Below are positions 29,051 through 41,218 of a stretch of DNA of 64,000 bases, piece by piece. The stretch is from an uncultured Kofleriaceae bacterium. Lineage in GTDB: Bacteria > Myxococcota_A > Polyangia > Haliangiales > Haliangiaceae. Position numbers and translations under genes: made by a program. Positions within the stretch are counted from its first letter, which is position 1. The number at the start of each line of letters is the position of its first letter. Where the stretch lies: assembly GCA_964617845.1 (NCBI GenBank), contig CAZUAR010000003.1:133908-197907 (forward strand), given 5' to 3'. The notes beneath the pieces were generated by a model. That model was not told the origin of the DNA, did not search any database, and was given only the letters and a program-made list of their open reading frames with translations.

Positions 29051-32009
29051 CTACGGCTTGAGCTTGGCGTCGATCTGGATCGAGCCGTTGTCCGGCCAGA
29101 CGAGATCCTGAACGTACGGCTGGTAGTCCTTCAGGCGGAGCTCCAGCTTTTTCGCGGACGACATGTCGACGCCCTTGATCGTCGTCGGGGTGCGGCCGCG
29201 GACTTCGCCGTTGATCCAGACCTCGGCACCTTCGGGCTGACTGAGGATGATCAGCTTTCCTGTCATGGGGTTGAGCACGGCCTTGATGCTCAGCTCGCCG
29301 CCGCGAGTCGGAATGTCGACGGTCTCCGAATAACGCTCGTGGCGCTTCAGCTCGACCTTGATCGTGTGACGGGTGTTGACGGGGATCGATGGGATCGTGA
29401 GGGGCGTCGTACCTGCGAGTCGCACGTCGTCGAAGACAACTTCCGCCCCCGAGGGGATGGATTCGACATGGATCGAGCCGACGGTCGGCGCCGTCTCGCG
29501 CGTCGATCGGATGATCAGAAACGTTGCCGCGGCGGCCACCGAGATGGCGACGAGGCCAGCGACGATGTAGGTGAACCACCGCTTGCGTGCGGCGCCGAGC
29601 TGGTACTGCGACGGCATCTCGTCCACCTCGAAGAGGCGGAGCTGACCCGTCAGCGTCATCGGCTTCTGCGCGGGCTGCATCGAGTACAGCGCGTTCGGCG
29701 TCACCGGCTGTCCGGGATACTGCTGCTGCTGCGGATATCCCTGCTGCTGTGGATGCTGCGGGTATCCGGGCTGCACCGCATACCCCGGATGCCCCGGCGG
29801 GTAGTACTGCGGCTGCGCATACGGTTGCTGCTGCTGCGGATACGGCTGCTGGTACTGCGGCGGCTGTTGGTAGCCGTACTGCGGTTGCGGCGCGGGCGCG
29901 GCGGGAAGTCCGGGCGGCGTCGGGATCGCGAGCGGCAATCCCGATGCATCGGTCGCGTAGCCGGTCGACGGCACCTGCGGTGGAAACGGCGGCGCTGCTT
30001 GTTGCGCGCCGGGCGTCGCGTGCGGGAACTGCGGTGGTGGCGGCGGCGGCGCGGGCGGTTGCTCGATCGATGGCGCCCGCGGCACCGGCATCGGCTCGCT
30101 CGCTTGCTTCGCGACGATCGCCTGCAGCACGTTCGCCTGCGGAACGCCGCCCTGCGGGGTGCGCTTCGACGGACGCGGCTTGCGCAGCTCGCTCACCGCC
30201 GGCGCGTGAATCTTCGCGGCGAGCGCGGCGGGCGGTGGTTGCGCCGGACGCTTCGACACCGACGGCTTCTTCGGACGAATGTCGCGCGCGATCGTCGGAT
30301 CCTCGACGCCTTCCTCCTCGGGCTCGCCGGTCTGCGTGTCCATCTCATCGTCGGACGTATCCTCGGGATCGGGCGCGACCGGCGGTCCCTCGCTGACCAT
30401 CGTCGCTTCGACCTCTTCGCCCGCGTCGCGCATGAAGTTGCGCATCTGCGCCGGCGTCGTGATCATCGTGCTCTCGCCGATGTTCGCGAGCTCGTCGTCC
30501 GCCGGATCTCCGTGCTCCCACGTCGACGGATCCGCGGAGCTTCCCGGCTGGATCGGCCCGCTGTCCTCGGAGTCCGGAGACGCGGGCGCCGCGTAGTCGA
30601 GCTGCCGCGTCTCGTCGGTCGGCTTTCTCGGCTGCGCGGGACGCGCCGGCGCGACCTTCGCGGCCTTGAGCGACGGGATCGGCGCCGCCGACGCGCCGAG
30701 GTTTCCCGTCGGCGGACGCTGCACCTTGTCGGGCCCGACCGGCGGCGGCGGCTCCGTCGGCGCATGCGCGCGCGTCATGTTGCCCGGCGCACGCGCCCCG
30801 GGCGCCGGCTTCACGCCGACGACCTGCTTGGTCGGCGCCGTCGGGGCGCGCTGCTGGGGAGCATCGGGCGCGCCCGCCTGAGGTTTGATCGACTGCCGCG
30901 GCTGCGCGGGGCCCGATCGCGGCTGCATCGTCGGCTTGCTGTTCGGCTTCAGCTCGTCGACGTTGAAGATGACGCTGTTCTCGTCGCGCAGCTCGTCGCC
31001 CGCGTGCACGAGGTCGTTGGTGTCGAGCGTGAACGTCGCGTTCGCGCCATCGTGCACCTCGATATCGGGGAAGTCGTTATCGTTGTTGATGACGACCGGA
31101 TCGCCGACGATCTGGCGTAGCAGCCCCGAGACCTTCGCCGCCGTGAACACCGGCGAGTACGCGTGCAGGAAGCGCTCGAGGTCGGACGCGAGGTCGCCCG
31201 CGCTCTGATAGCGCTCGCCCGGCACCTTCTGCAGCGCGTGCATCACGATCTTCTCGAGCTGCGGCGGCACGCCCTTGCGCAGCTTGCTCGGCGGCGCGAT
31301 GTCGGCCTTGCGCGCCATGTCGAGCAGCCGATGCAGATCCTCCTCGAGGTAGAGCATCTGCCCCGTGATCATCTCGTAGAGCACGATGCCAGCGCTGAAG
31401 ATGTCCGAGCGGAAGTCGATCGGATCGCCCCAGGCCTGCTCGGGGCTCATGTAGTAGTACTTGCCCTTGATCACGCCGACCGCGGTCTGGCGCGCCTTCA
31501 TCGTCGCCTTCGCGATGCCGAAATCGACGAGCTTGACCTCTCCGGAATAGGAGACGAGCACGTTCTGCGGAGAGACGTCGCGGTGCACGATGCCGAGCGG
31601 CTTGCCGGTGTGATCCTTCTTGCGGTGCGCGTGATCGAGCGCGCTCGCGATCTCCTTCGCGATGAACGCGCAGCAGTCGAGCGGCATCTCGAGATCCATC
31701 TCGGAGCCCTTGCGCAGGATCTTGTAGAGATCCGCGCCGTCGACGTACTCCATCGTGATGTAGTACGTGTCGCCGACGCGACCGAGGTCGAACGTCTGCG
31801 CGATGTTGCCGTGCGCGAGCTGCACCGCGATCTTCGCCTCGTCGACGAGCATCTGGATGAATGCCTCGTCCTCCGCGAAGTTCGGGTGGATCATTTTCAG
31901 GGCGACGTACTTCTCGAAGCCGGCGATGCCCTTCGTCTTGGCGAGGTGGATCTCGGCCATCCCGCCCACGGCGATCTGTCTGACGAGTCGATACGGCCCG
32001 AACTGCCGT

Positions 32010-32023
<14 letters not shown>
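29051..32023 (-). CDS. Hanks-type Ser/Thr protein kinase with long Pro- and Gln/Tyr-rich low-complexity region, TM helix and two C-terminal PEGA domains
   Basis: GGMAEIHLA...VALKMI, HRDVSPQNVL, DFG, SPE. Low-complexity stretch QYGYQQPPQYQQPYPQQQQPYAQPQYYPPGHPGY. TM helix WFTYIVAGLVAISVAAAATFLII. PEGA domains IPSGAEVVFDDVRLAGTTP and QPEGAEVWINGEVRGRTP. Confidence 0.9.
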
Positions 32024-33032
<1,009 letters not shown>

Positions 33033-33060
33033 GATGTTCCCGCCGTGGATGATACCGCAA

Positions 33061-35421
33061 TCAGTACTGATAGAGCGCGGTCAGGTAGGCGCGAAAACCC
33101 TGGAGAGGACTGGGCAAGTACTCGAGGTGGGGCTCGTAGTCGGCCAGCGGGTCGGACTCGTAGAAGTGGCCTGCGAAAGCGTTGTAGGCGGTCGCACGGA
33201 TCAGGAGCTTGCTCGTCGGTGTGTACTGAAGTCCGACCGCGAGCTCGGCGACGGGGGGCAGGCGATCGAGGACGAGATCGGTTGCCTCCACGGTCACCGG
33301 GGTCATCGGGTTTCCGAGATCGTCGAACGTCGTCCCGCGGTACTCGATCAGGCGGTTCGCATCCTCGGAGGCACCCACGACCTTGAGGTTCGTCGTGGCG
33401 GAGAGCTTGTCCGACACGAGGTTGAACACGGTCGCGAGGTTGAACCAGTGCTCCGGTAGCGTGCGGAACACGCCGCGATCCGCCGCGTCCACGCGCAGCC
33501 AGGTGTAGCCGAGCTCGAGGCGATGCCCGCCCTGCACGTAGAGCTTGCCGAGGAACTCGACCGAGGCGATGCCGCGGTCCTTCGCGTTCTGGTAGGCGCC
33601 CGACGAGATCTGGATGAAGTCCTTGATCGTCGTGTAGCTGCCGTCGACACGGAACGAGAGCTCGCGGATGCGGCGCTCGCCCTTCCAGATACGTGCGTTG
33701 AGCTCGGCCTGCGCCGCGCGGCTCTCCTCGACGCGGAGGTTCGGATCACCGGCGATGTTGACCGCTTCACCGTTCGTCGTCGTGTTGTTGAACACGGGCG
33801 GACGGAAGCCTTCGGCGTAGTTCAGCTTGAGGTGCCAGTTCTTGACGAAGTTCCAGACGATCGATCCGCCGAACGACGGGTTGACCGCGTACGACAGCGA
33901 GCCGAGCGTGTCCGGCGCGAACTGCACGCGAGCACCGGCGTCGAGGATCAGCGTCTTGCTCGGACGCCACTGCGGGTTCACGTATGCACCCATCACGGTG
34001 CGCGTCGCGGGGAAGCCGAACGTCAGCGGACAGTTCGCGATCGGCCGGATCGCCATCGTCGCCTCGTCGTAGATGCGCGGGCAGAGCAGCGGCAGGCGCG
34101 TCAGATCGTACGGCGCGGGGATGGTCGACTGCGTGCCCTCGCCCTGGCGCGACTCCGTGGTGTTGATCGGGTTCCACTCGCGGAACGCCTCGGCGCCGTA
34201 CAGCACGCGCGTCTTCGGGTTGACCTCGATGTCACCGTCGAGCGCACCACCGGCGCGGTACGCCTTGAGATCCACGGCGAACGCGAGGCCGCCGGGAACG
34301 AGCGCCGACGGCGTGAGCACCTGCAGCGGCGCGAACGTGCGCACGAACTCCTGCATGTAGCCGCGGACGGCGACGCCCGCCTTGCCCTTCGCGAGCCGCG
34401 TGCGGTACTCGAGCACCGCGTAGCGATCGAACTGATCCTCGCGGTTCGAGCGGCTCTTCTTCAGCGGATCGACGCAGCTCGGATCGCTGAGATCGTCGGG
34501 ACACCGCGCGTCCTCGGGGAGCGTCTCGCGGTTCGGGTTACCGGACAGCGCGAGCGGGTTGTACATCTCGCCGAACGGATAGAACACGCGCAGCTGGAGG
34601 TCGCCGTACGTGATCTTGCCGTCGACGGTCGCGAACATCGACGTCGGCTGATCGCTGTCGACGAGAGGACCATAGATGTTGGCGGAGTTGGGCTGCGGGA
34701 GCGCGCCGTGGAACAAGAGCAGCGGCATCCGCTTCTCGGGACCCTTGTAGGTCTCGACGCTGCCGTGCGCGAACACCTTGAGCTTGCCGCCGAGCAGACC
34801 GCTCTTGCCGGCCATCGCGTACGCGCGCGCGACCTGGCGATCACCGTCGCCGTGGCCGAGCGATCCGCCGACCTCGACGCCTTCGATGTCTTCGGCGTCC
34901 TTGGTGATGACGTTGAGAATTCCGAGCAGCGAGTTCGAGCCCCAGAGCACGCCGCCCGGGCCGGTGATCATCTCGACACGCTTGATCAGCTCCATCGGCT
35001 GCACGCGCGAGATCGTCGGGACGTTCGCGAACGGATCGAACAACGAGAGGCCGTCGTGCAGGAACTGCACGGATTGCACCTGCCCGCGCACCATCGGCGT
35101 CGGGAAGACGTTGTAGGCGAGGCCGCTGCGGTTCCAGCCCGGGACCGAGTCGTACAGCTGCGTGATGTCCTGGAACTGGCGATCGCGGATCTCGTCGGGC
35201 GTGACGACCGTGACGATCGCCGGCGCTTCCTGCACCGTGGTCACGCCCTTCGCGGCGGACTGCACGATGTTGGCGAGGTCGAGCGCTTCGTCCTCGGCGG
35301 CCGCCGCGATGTCCTGATCGAGGACGATCGTCGGGACCTCGACGTCGATGACGGCACCTGTGGGCTGTGCCGCGGCCACCGCCGGCGACAATGCGAGAAG
35401 GAGCAGCGCGAGCTTCTTCAT
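33061..35421 (-). CDS. TonB-dependent outer-membrane receptor family protein
   Basis: Signal MKKLALLLLALSPAVAAAQ. Plug region TVQEAPAIVTVVTPDEIRDRQFQD...GVEVGGSLGHGDGD. Long beta-barrel with Y/F-rich strands, ending in a C-terminal aromatic residue. ATGA overlap with upstream OmpA gene stop. Confidence 0.75.
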   Translation of the reverse strand: MKKLALLLLALSPAVAAAQPTGAVIDVEVPTIVLDQDIAAAAEDEALDLANIVQSAAKGVTTVQEAPAIVTVVTPDEIRDRQFQDITQLYDSVPGWNRSGLAYNVFPTPMVRGQVQSVQFLHDGLSLFDPFANVPTISRVQPMELIKRVEMITGPGGVLWGSNSLLGILNVITKDAEDIEGVEVGGSLGHGDGDRQVARAYAMAGKSGLLGGKLKVFAHGSVETYKGPEKRMPLLLFHGALPQPNSANIYGPLVDSDQPTSMFATVDGKITYGDLQLRVFYPFGEMYNPLALSGNPNRETLPEDARCPDDLSDPSCVDPLKKSRSNREDQFDRYAVLEYRTRLAKGKAGVAVRGYMQEFVRTFAPLQVLTPSALVPGGLAFAVDLKAYRAGGALDGDIEVNPKTRVLYGAEAFREWNPINTTESRQGEGTQSTIPAPYDLTRLPLLCPRIYDEATMAIRPIANCPLTFGFPATRTVMGAYVNPQWRPSKTLILDAGARVQFAPDTLGSLSYAVNPSFGGSIVWNFVKNWHLKLNYAEGFRPPVFNNTTTNGEAVNIAGDPNLRVEESRAAQAELNARIWKGERRIRELSFRVDGSYTTIKDFIQISSGAYQNAKDRGIASVEFLGKLYVQGGHRLELGYTWLRVDAADRGVFRTLPEHWFNLATVFNLVSDKLSATTNLKVVGASEDANRLIEYRGTTFDDLGNPMTPVTVEATDLVLDRLPPVAELAVGLQYTPTSKLLIRATAYNAFAGHFYESDPLADYEPHLEYLPSPLQGFRAYLTALYQY

Positions 35422-37356
35422 GGCGTGCCTCCCTGCTGCGACTTGATGAAGTCGACGCGCTCGTTCGCGGGATCCGTCGGTGCGTTCGTGCCCAGCGGAC
35501 GATCGGAACCGATACCGACCGCCTGCAGCTGTTGCGCGGCGACGCCCTGGCCGACGAGGTAGTCGGCGATCGTCTTCGCGCGCTGCTGCGCCTGCTGCTT
35601 GTCGACGCGCTTGCGCGCCGCGATCGCCGCCTTGTTCTTGGACTTCGTGCCCAGCGGCACGTGCACCTCGATGCGAATCGAGAGCTTGCGCCCCTTGATC
35701 AACGTGGCGACCTGACCGAGCAGCTGGCGCGCCGCCGGCGACAGCGTGCCGTTGCGGTTGAACGTGACCTGCTGGCCCTTCAGATCGATGCGGTCCGCGC
35801 GCTCCTCGGGGCCCGTCGTGATGCGAACGTCGGGGCAACCGTCGTCGTCGTCGACGCCGTTGACCGTCTCCGCGTCGTTGGGGCACTTGTCCTGCGCGTC
35901 GGCGAAGCCGTCGCCGTCGTTGTCCTGATCGAGGCAGCCGTCGTCGTCCTCGAAGCCGTCCTGATCCTCGGCCTGATCGGGGCACTTGTCGGCGCTATCG
36001 AGGATGCCGTCGTTGTCGTTGTCCTGCTCGCGGCAACCATCGTCGTCCTTGAAGCCGTCCTTGTCCTCGGGCTCGTCGGGACACTGATCGCCGGCGTCCG
36101 GAATGCCGTCGCCGTCGTTGTCGCCATCGGGACAGCCGTCTTCATCCTGGAAGCCGTCCTTGTCCTCGGTCTCCTGGGGGCAGCCATCGACGCCGTCCGG
36201 CACACCGTCGCCATCGCGATCGTTGCGACCCGGCGCCGCGGCGCCGAGGGGCTGCGGCGCCCACAGGATGCCGATCGTCGTGCGGATATCGTCGCCGCGC
36301 GCACCGAGCTGGCCGGTGCCGACCATGAGCTGCGCCGTGACGTCCGCGCTGACGCGGAACTGCGCGCCTGCGGTCGCGACGAGCGTGAGGTCGCCGCGCT
36401 TCGCGTCGCCGAAGTAGTCGGTGTCGGTGACCGAGCTGCACTGCGCGCCGCTGTACCGCTTGCACGCGCCGATGTTGGTGCTCTCGGGGAGCGGGACCAA
36501 CACCTGCGCTTCGATCGCGAGCGCGGTGCGCGGCGTCATCTCGATCATCGCGCCGGCGCCGACGACCATCTCGCTGCCGACGTCGAGCACGACCTTCGCG
36601 TCGTCCACCGTCTCCATCGCCGGGTCGTACGCTTCGAGCATGCTGCGCTCGCGGAAGCGCGCTCCGACGTTCGCGATGAAGCGCGTCGCGCGGATGCGAT
36701 CCTTGCGCATCTCGAACGCGAGCTTGGGCTCCCACACGAGACCGCGATCGCCGAGCAGCATCTGATCCTCGCCGAACGGGAGGAACATCGAGCCGACGAG
36801 CGTCAACGCCATCTTCTGCGTCGTGACGAGGTTGAGCTTGAGGCCGACGCGCGCGTCGAGCGGACCGGCGAGGCCGTCGCCCAGGTACGACGTGTTATCG
36901 CTCGGGCTCGCGGACGGATCGATGTTCGACAGCGGCCGCAGCGCGATCAGGCCCGTCGAGGGCTCCGCGACGTCGCCGCCGGACCGATAGCGACCGCGAA
37001 CGCCGTAGCCGTCACCGGTCGCCGTGCGATACGCGCCGAAGTCGAGGCCGATCGCGAGGCGCTCGGTGAGCGTCATACCGAACGCCATGTCGAGCGTGAT
37101 CATGTAGTCGAGGACGCGATCGTCTCCGCCGTCGCCGATGCCCGGGATCGCGAAGTCGAGCGGCGACTTCGACCAGCCGGTCAGGACGCGCAGCGAGAGA
37201 TCGCGCTTGGGAAGCAAGCGCGCGCCCTCGAGGCTGAAGATTCCGTTCGAGTCGTACGCGCTGCGGAACAGCGCCCCGTCGACACCGCTCGTCGGATCGG
37301 CGGACGCGATGCCCGCCGAGGCGAGGAGCCCCAGAAGAGCGATCGTCGTCTTCACC
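35418..37356 (-). CDS. OmpA-family protein with N-terminal beta-barrel-like domain and multiple thrombospondin type-3 (Ca-binding DxDxDG) repeats
   Basis: GTG start gives MKTTIALLGLLASAGIASA. TSP3 repeats include DRDGDGVPDGVDGCPQETEDKDGFQDEDGCPDGDNDGDGIPD. The C-terminus (RIEVHVPLGTKSKNKAAIAARKRVDKQQAQQRAKTIADYLVGQGVAAQQLQAVGIGSDRPL) is an OmpA peptidoglycan-binding domain. Confidence 0.8.
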
Positions 37357-38464
37357 GAGGACACGTCATGCCCGGGGCATCGGTGGGACGGAAGATCGAG
37401 ATGAAGACGATGCCCGGCAGCGTCACGCCCGGCGCGGGGATGTACCTGCACTCGGGCGGCAATCCGCCCGTGCCCGTGTAGGCCATGTCGGCGAGGCTGG
37501 CGCCGGAGACGAGCGCGGTGCCGTTCGCGCCGGTCGCGTTCTGCGGCGTGGCGTTGTCGATCGCCTCGCGCGTGACGTCGGTCGCCTTGAAGTAGAAGTC
37601 GTTCCCCGGCACCGGAGTCGGCGTGCCGCCGGGGAGCTTCAGCACGGTGACACCCGCTTGCGTCAAGAAGCCGGTGCGGCGCTGGCGGAACACCGGCGCG
37701 TAGTAGCCACCCGTGAGCGCCGGCCCACCGGTGGTCTGCCACTTCGTCGTCGTCGACACCGGGACGATGTAGCCCTCGAGGTTGTTGATCGAGGTGCCGT
37801 TGGTCGTGATCGCGGTGGCGATACCGACAGCGTTGGTGACGCCGGCCGGGCCCATGCTCGCCGGGTTCGCGTCGTCGATGCCGAGGCCGACGTAGCCGGG
37901 CGGCGGCGGATCATCGATATCGGTCAGGCGGAACCGACCGCAGTCGTCCATGTAGAAGTCCGCGGTCGGCCGCGGCGTCGCGTTCATCGGATCGGTCGCG
38001 AACGCGATCGCGTCGTACGCGCGAATGCCGACGGCGCAGGGCCCCTCCGCGGCGGGAGGCATGTACGTGCAGCGAGCGCCGGTCGCGTTCTCCGCCTGGA
38101 AGATCTCGCCGTCCTCGAACTTGTACATGCGCCCGCAGAGCGTCTGCTTGCCGGGGCTCGGGGCCGGGCATGCGAGTGGTGCCGTGCAGCCGCCGCCGCC
38201 GGCGATCCCGACGCACGTCGTGACGCCGGTGTCGGGATCGACCTCCGGGGTCGACGTCGACAGATCGCACTCCGTCGGTGGGAACATCGGCACGCACTGA
38301 TCACCCTGCAGCTCGGTGAACGGACCGCACTCGGCCGGATCGACCACGAGCTCGGCGGGCTCGCACGAACCGTTGCGTTCGATCGTGCCTTCCGCGCAGT
38401 CGGTCGTCTTGCAGCCGACTTCCGCGGAGGCCAGTACAGCGAGAAGAAGCGTCCATCTCAGCAT
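37352..38464 (-). CDS. Secreted Cys-rich hypothetical protein
   Basis: ATG at 38464 gives MLRWTLLLAVLASAEVGC. About 20 cysteines. GTGA overlap with the downstream OmpA gene. Confidence 0.55.
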   Translation of the reverse strand: MLRWTLLLAVLASAEVGCKTTDCAEGTIERNGSCEPAELVVDPAECGPFTELQGDQCVPMFPPTECDLSTSTPEVDPDTGVTTCVGIAGGGGCTAPLACPAPSPGKQTLCGRMYKFEDGEIFQAENATGARCTYMPPAAEGPCAVGIRAYDAIAFATDPMNATPRPTADFYMDDCGRFRLTDIDDPPPPGYVGLGIDDANPASMGPAGVTNAVGIATAITTNGTSINNLEGYIVPVSTTTKWQTTGGPALTGGYYAPVFRQRRTGFLTQAGVTVLKLPGGTPTPVPGNDFYFKATDVTREAIDNATPQNATGANGTALVSGASLADMAYTGTGGLPPECRYIPAPGVTLPGIVFISIFRPTDAPGMTCPR

Positions 38465-38472
38465 GACTCTCC

Positions 38473-39444
38473 TTAGAAGTGGACCGAGTCCTCGTCGAGA
38501 TCCGAGAAGATCACGAGGTCTGCGGTGAACAGCGGGTTGGCGGGCGAAACGAGCTCGACGTGGCGAACGCCGCGCGTCGAGACATGTGGCGTGCCGTACA
38601 GGAGCAGCGTGCCGGGACCGTCGACGAAGTCCATCTGCCAGTAGATCGCGAAGGCGTCCATGGTGTCGAGATCCTCGTCGACGAACCACTGCGCGCCGCC
38701 GACGGGTCCCTGGTTCACCGGATTGCGACCGTCGACCATTCCGAACGTGGTGCCGTTGAGCGGCAGCGTGAGGATGCGATCGGTGCCTTCCCACAGCTTG
38801 TCGTCGTCGTCCCACGCGGCCTGGCACAGCGCGAGGCGCTGCGCGTTGGAGTCCGCGTCGGTGCACGTCGGCGGCGGGATCATGCCGTCGACGCGCGTGC
38901 AGTCCGGCGCGACGGCGGGATAGTTGCTCGGTGTCGCCGACGTCACGACCTTGATGCCCATCGCACCACCGAGCGCCGTGATGTTGTTCATGCGCTGCTG
39001 CGCCGTCGCGGCGTCGATCTTCTGTTCCTCCGTCGCGCCCGGCGGTGGGTTCGCGAGGTCCGTGATGCCGGTGTCCATCGCGACCTGCGCGCCGAACTGC
39101 GAGACGTGGATGCCGGGATACGGGACGTGCTCGCCGACATCGATGAAGCACGGCGAGCTCACATCGACGATCGGGTGGATCTCGAATCGTTGGAGCTCAA
39201 ACAAACTTTCGCGTTCAGGGCCTTCCTGGATGCCCCAGAGCGTGAAGTGTGCACCGGACGGGATCTGCGTCGCCGTCGGTGTCATTCCGGCGGACGCTTG
39301 GCGTGGCGTGCTCGGCGGCAGATCGATCTGCACGTTGGAGCCGCGAAAGCCCTCGACACAGCCCGCGAGCGCGGCTGCCACGAACAACGATTGGATAAGC
39401 AAACGTTCCCTACGGCGCACGGTTGGTGCGACTCCCCTCAACAC
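38473..39444 (-). CDS. Lipoprotein, hypothetical
   Basis: LFVAAALAGC lipobox. No recognisable domain. Confidence 0.55.
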   Translation of the reverse strand: MLRGVAPTVRRRERLLIQSLFVAAALAGCVEGFRGSNVQIDLPPSTPRQASAGMTPTATQIPSGAHFTLWGIQEGPERESLFELQRFEIHPIVDVSSPCFIDVGEHVPYPGIHVSQFGAQVAMDTGITDLANPPPGATEEQKIDAATAQQRMNNITALGGAMGIKVVTSATPSNYPAVAPDCTRVDGMIPPPTCTDADSNAQRLALCQAAWDDDDKLWEGTDRILTLPLNGTTFGMVDGRNPVNQGPVGGAQWFVDEDLDTMDAFAIYWQMDFVDGPGTLLLYGTPHVSTRGVRHVELVSPANPLFTADLVIFSDLDEDSVHF

Positions 39445-39485
39445 GAATCATAACGAAGGCGACCTAAAAGTCTACACAACGACCA

Positions 39486-40670
39486 TCACCACGCGAATCC
39501 AGTGCTGGCCACGGCGCCTCCTTCTATAGGTGCGAGCGCGAACGGAGGCGGCGCGTCACGGTCGACGGGCCGGCCCGTGATGACCCAGTAGAGACCCGCG
39601 CCGAGCCCCACGGCGGTCGCCGCGAAGGAAATCCCCATCACGCCGTACAGGGCCGTTCTGCTGCTTCCCGTGGCATCTGCGGCGATTGCAGCCGTGACGC
39701 CGCCGACCGCGGCGAAGCCGACGCCGGCGCCGATGAACAACCAGCCACGCGTGCGGACATGTGCGTGCGATGTCTCGAAGTCGGGGACGATCGTTCGCTG
39801 CTGGCGCGCGTCGAGTCGCACGCGCCGTCGCCACGGCTCCATCCCGTCGCGACGGACCTCGACGAGGTGCTCGCCGGGCGCGAGCGAGATCGGCTCGTTC
39901 GCGCGAAACGGCACGGTCGCCCCGTCGAGGACGAGCGTATCGCCGCTCTGGATGGTGAGCCACGCGCTGGTCTCGGCCGGCGTCACGTCGGGACGAAAGC
40001 TCGGATCCTCGACGAGCTCGAAGATCGCATCGGTCACGATCCCGGGTAGGGCGTTCACCGACGCGCGCGCCGGGCGATAGCCTGACTTCTCCACCACGAC
40101 CTCGTGAGTGCCGGGCTTGATCCGCCGGGGCGCGAGCGGCGTGCCGCCGTACGCGAGGCTGTCGATCGTGACGGTCGCACCGGGCACGCTCGTGACCACG
40201 GCGATCGCCGCGCCCTCGCCGAGCTCGTCGCGAAACACCGCGCGGCCCGCGGACGAGCGACACGTGTCGTGGAGCTTGCGCGTGTCCGCGAGCTCGCCGG
40301 AGCGCGGGTTCAGCTCGATCGCGTTGCGCGCCTCCGCGATGCAGTCCTCGAACCTGCCCTGCGCCTGCGCGACCGCGGCGAGGAAGCGATGCGGCCCGGG
40401 CAGCGCGGGGTTCATCGACGCTGCCTTCTCGAGGCGCGCGCGCGCCTCGTCGAGCTTGCCGAGGCGGTACGCATCGACGCCCGCTTCGAACTCGCGTGTG
40501 AGCTTGTCGTCCGCGCCCGCGATGCGGACGGTCAGGAGGAGCGCGAACGCGACGACAACCGATCGCACGCGACAAGCGTACGCGCGTCTGCGCGAAATCT
40601 CCACGATCGCTCGACGCCGCCTCCACGGCTGCTGCGTATGCCCTTGGCCTCGGGGTGGTTGATTCGTCAC
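39486..40670 (-). CDS. TPR + tandem PEGA domain protein with C-terminal TM segments
   Basis: TPR-like YRLGKLDEARARLEKAASMNPALPGPHRFLAAVAQAQGRFEDCIAEARNAIELNP. PEGA domains VPGATVTIDSLAYGGTP...HEVVVEKSGY and SGDTLVLDGATVPF...HLVEVRRDGMEP. The true start may be the internal GTG before VRSVVVAFALLL. Confidence 0.65.
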   Translation of the reverse strand: MTNQPPRGQGHTQQPWRRRRAIVEISRRRAYACRVRSVVVAFALLLTVRIAGADDKLTREFEAGVDAYRLGKLDEARARLEKAASMNPALPGPHRFLAAVAQAQGRFEDCIAEARNAIELNPRSGELADTRKLHDTCRSSAGRAVFRDELGEGAAIAVVTSVPGATVTIDSLAYGGTPLAPRRIKPGTHEVVVEKSGYRPARASVNALPGIVTDAIFELVEDPSFRPDVTPAETSAWLTIQSGDTLVLDGATVPFRANEPISLAPGEHLVEVRRDGMEPWRRRVRLDARQQRTIVPDFETSHAHVRTRGWLFIGAGVGFAAVGGVTAAIAADATGSSRTALYGVMGISFAATAVGLGAGLYWVITGRPVDRDAPPPFALAPIEGGAVASTGFAW

Positions 40671-41218
40671 TGGAGGTCACGATGATGGTCGGGCAGATAT
40701 CTCTGACAGCACCCGCGGCGCCGGCTCTCGCGAGCCCGCGGGTCCTTCCTCTCTTGATGGCGGCGACGACGCCGATCGCGATCGGCGGGCTCGTCGCGAT
40801 GCACGGGACGTCGATCTCGCCGCTGTTCGCGGTGCCCGCCGTCGTGTTCGGCGTGACCGCGGCGACGAGCCCCGCGCTCTACATCGCGACCGCGGCCACC
40901 GGCGCGGCGCCGCCCCTCGCCGCGGTCGTGCGCGCGTTCGGTGTCGCGATCGGCGCGTTCGGGATCGCGCTCGCGGGCCTGCTCTTGCCCGTCGCGTTCC
41001 TGTCGCTCTCGGCCGTCTCCGGATCGACGACGTTCTTCGTCGCATCGGCGGCGATCGCGGGCGCCGGGCTGCTCGGGCTCCGGCGCCTCAAGGACGAGAT
41101 GCACGCGGCGCGACCGATGTCGTTCAGCGGCGACGTCGTGTTCTGGATCTGGGCGAGCGCGACCGCCGGCATCGCCGGCCGCATGTGGTGGGACCTCGCG
41201 CAGGAGGTGCTGTCGTGA
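40655..41218 (+). CDS. Polytopic membrane protein, hypothetical
   Basis: Ala/Gly-rich TM helices. GTGA overlap with the next gene. Confidence 0.5.
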   Translation: MVDSSLEVTMMVGQISLTAPAAPALASPRVLPLLMAATTPIAIGGLVAMHGTSISPLFAVPAVVFGVTAATSPALYIATAATGAAPPLAAVVRAFGVAIGAFGIALAGLLLPVAFLSLSAVSGSTTFFVASAAIAGAGLLGLRRLKDEMHAARPMSFSGDVVFWIWASATAGIAGRMWWDLAQEVLS

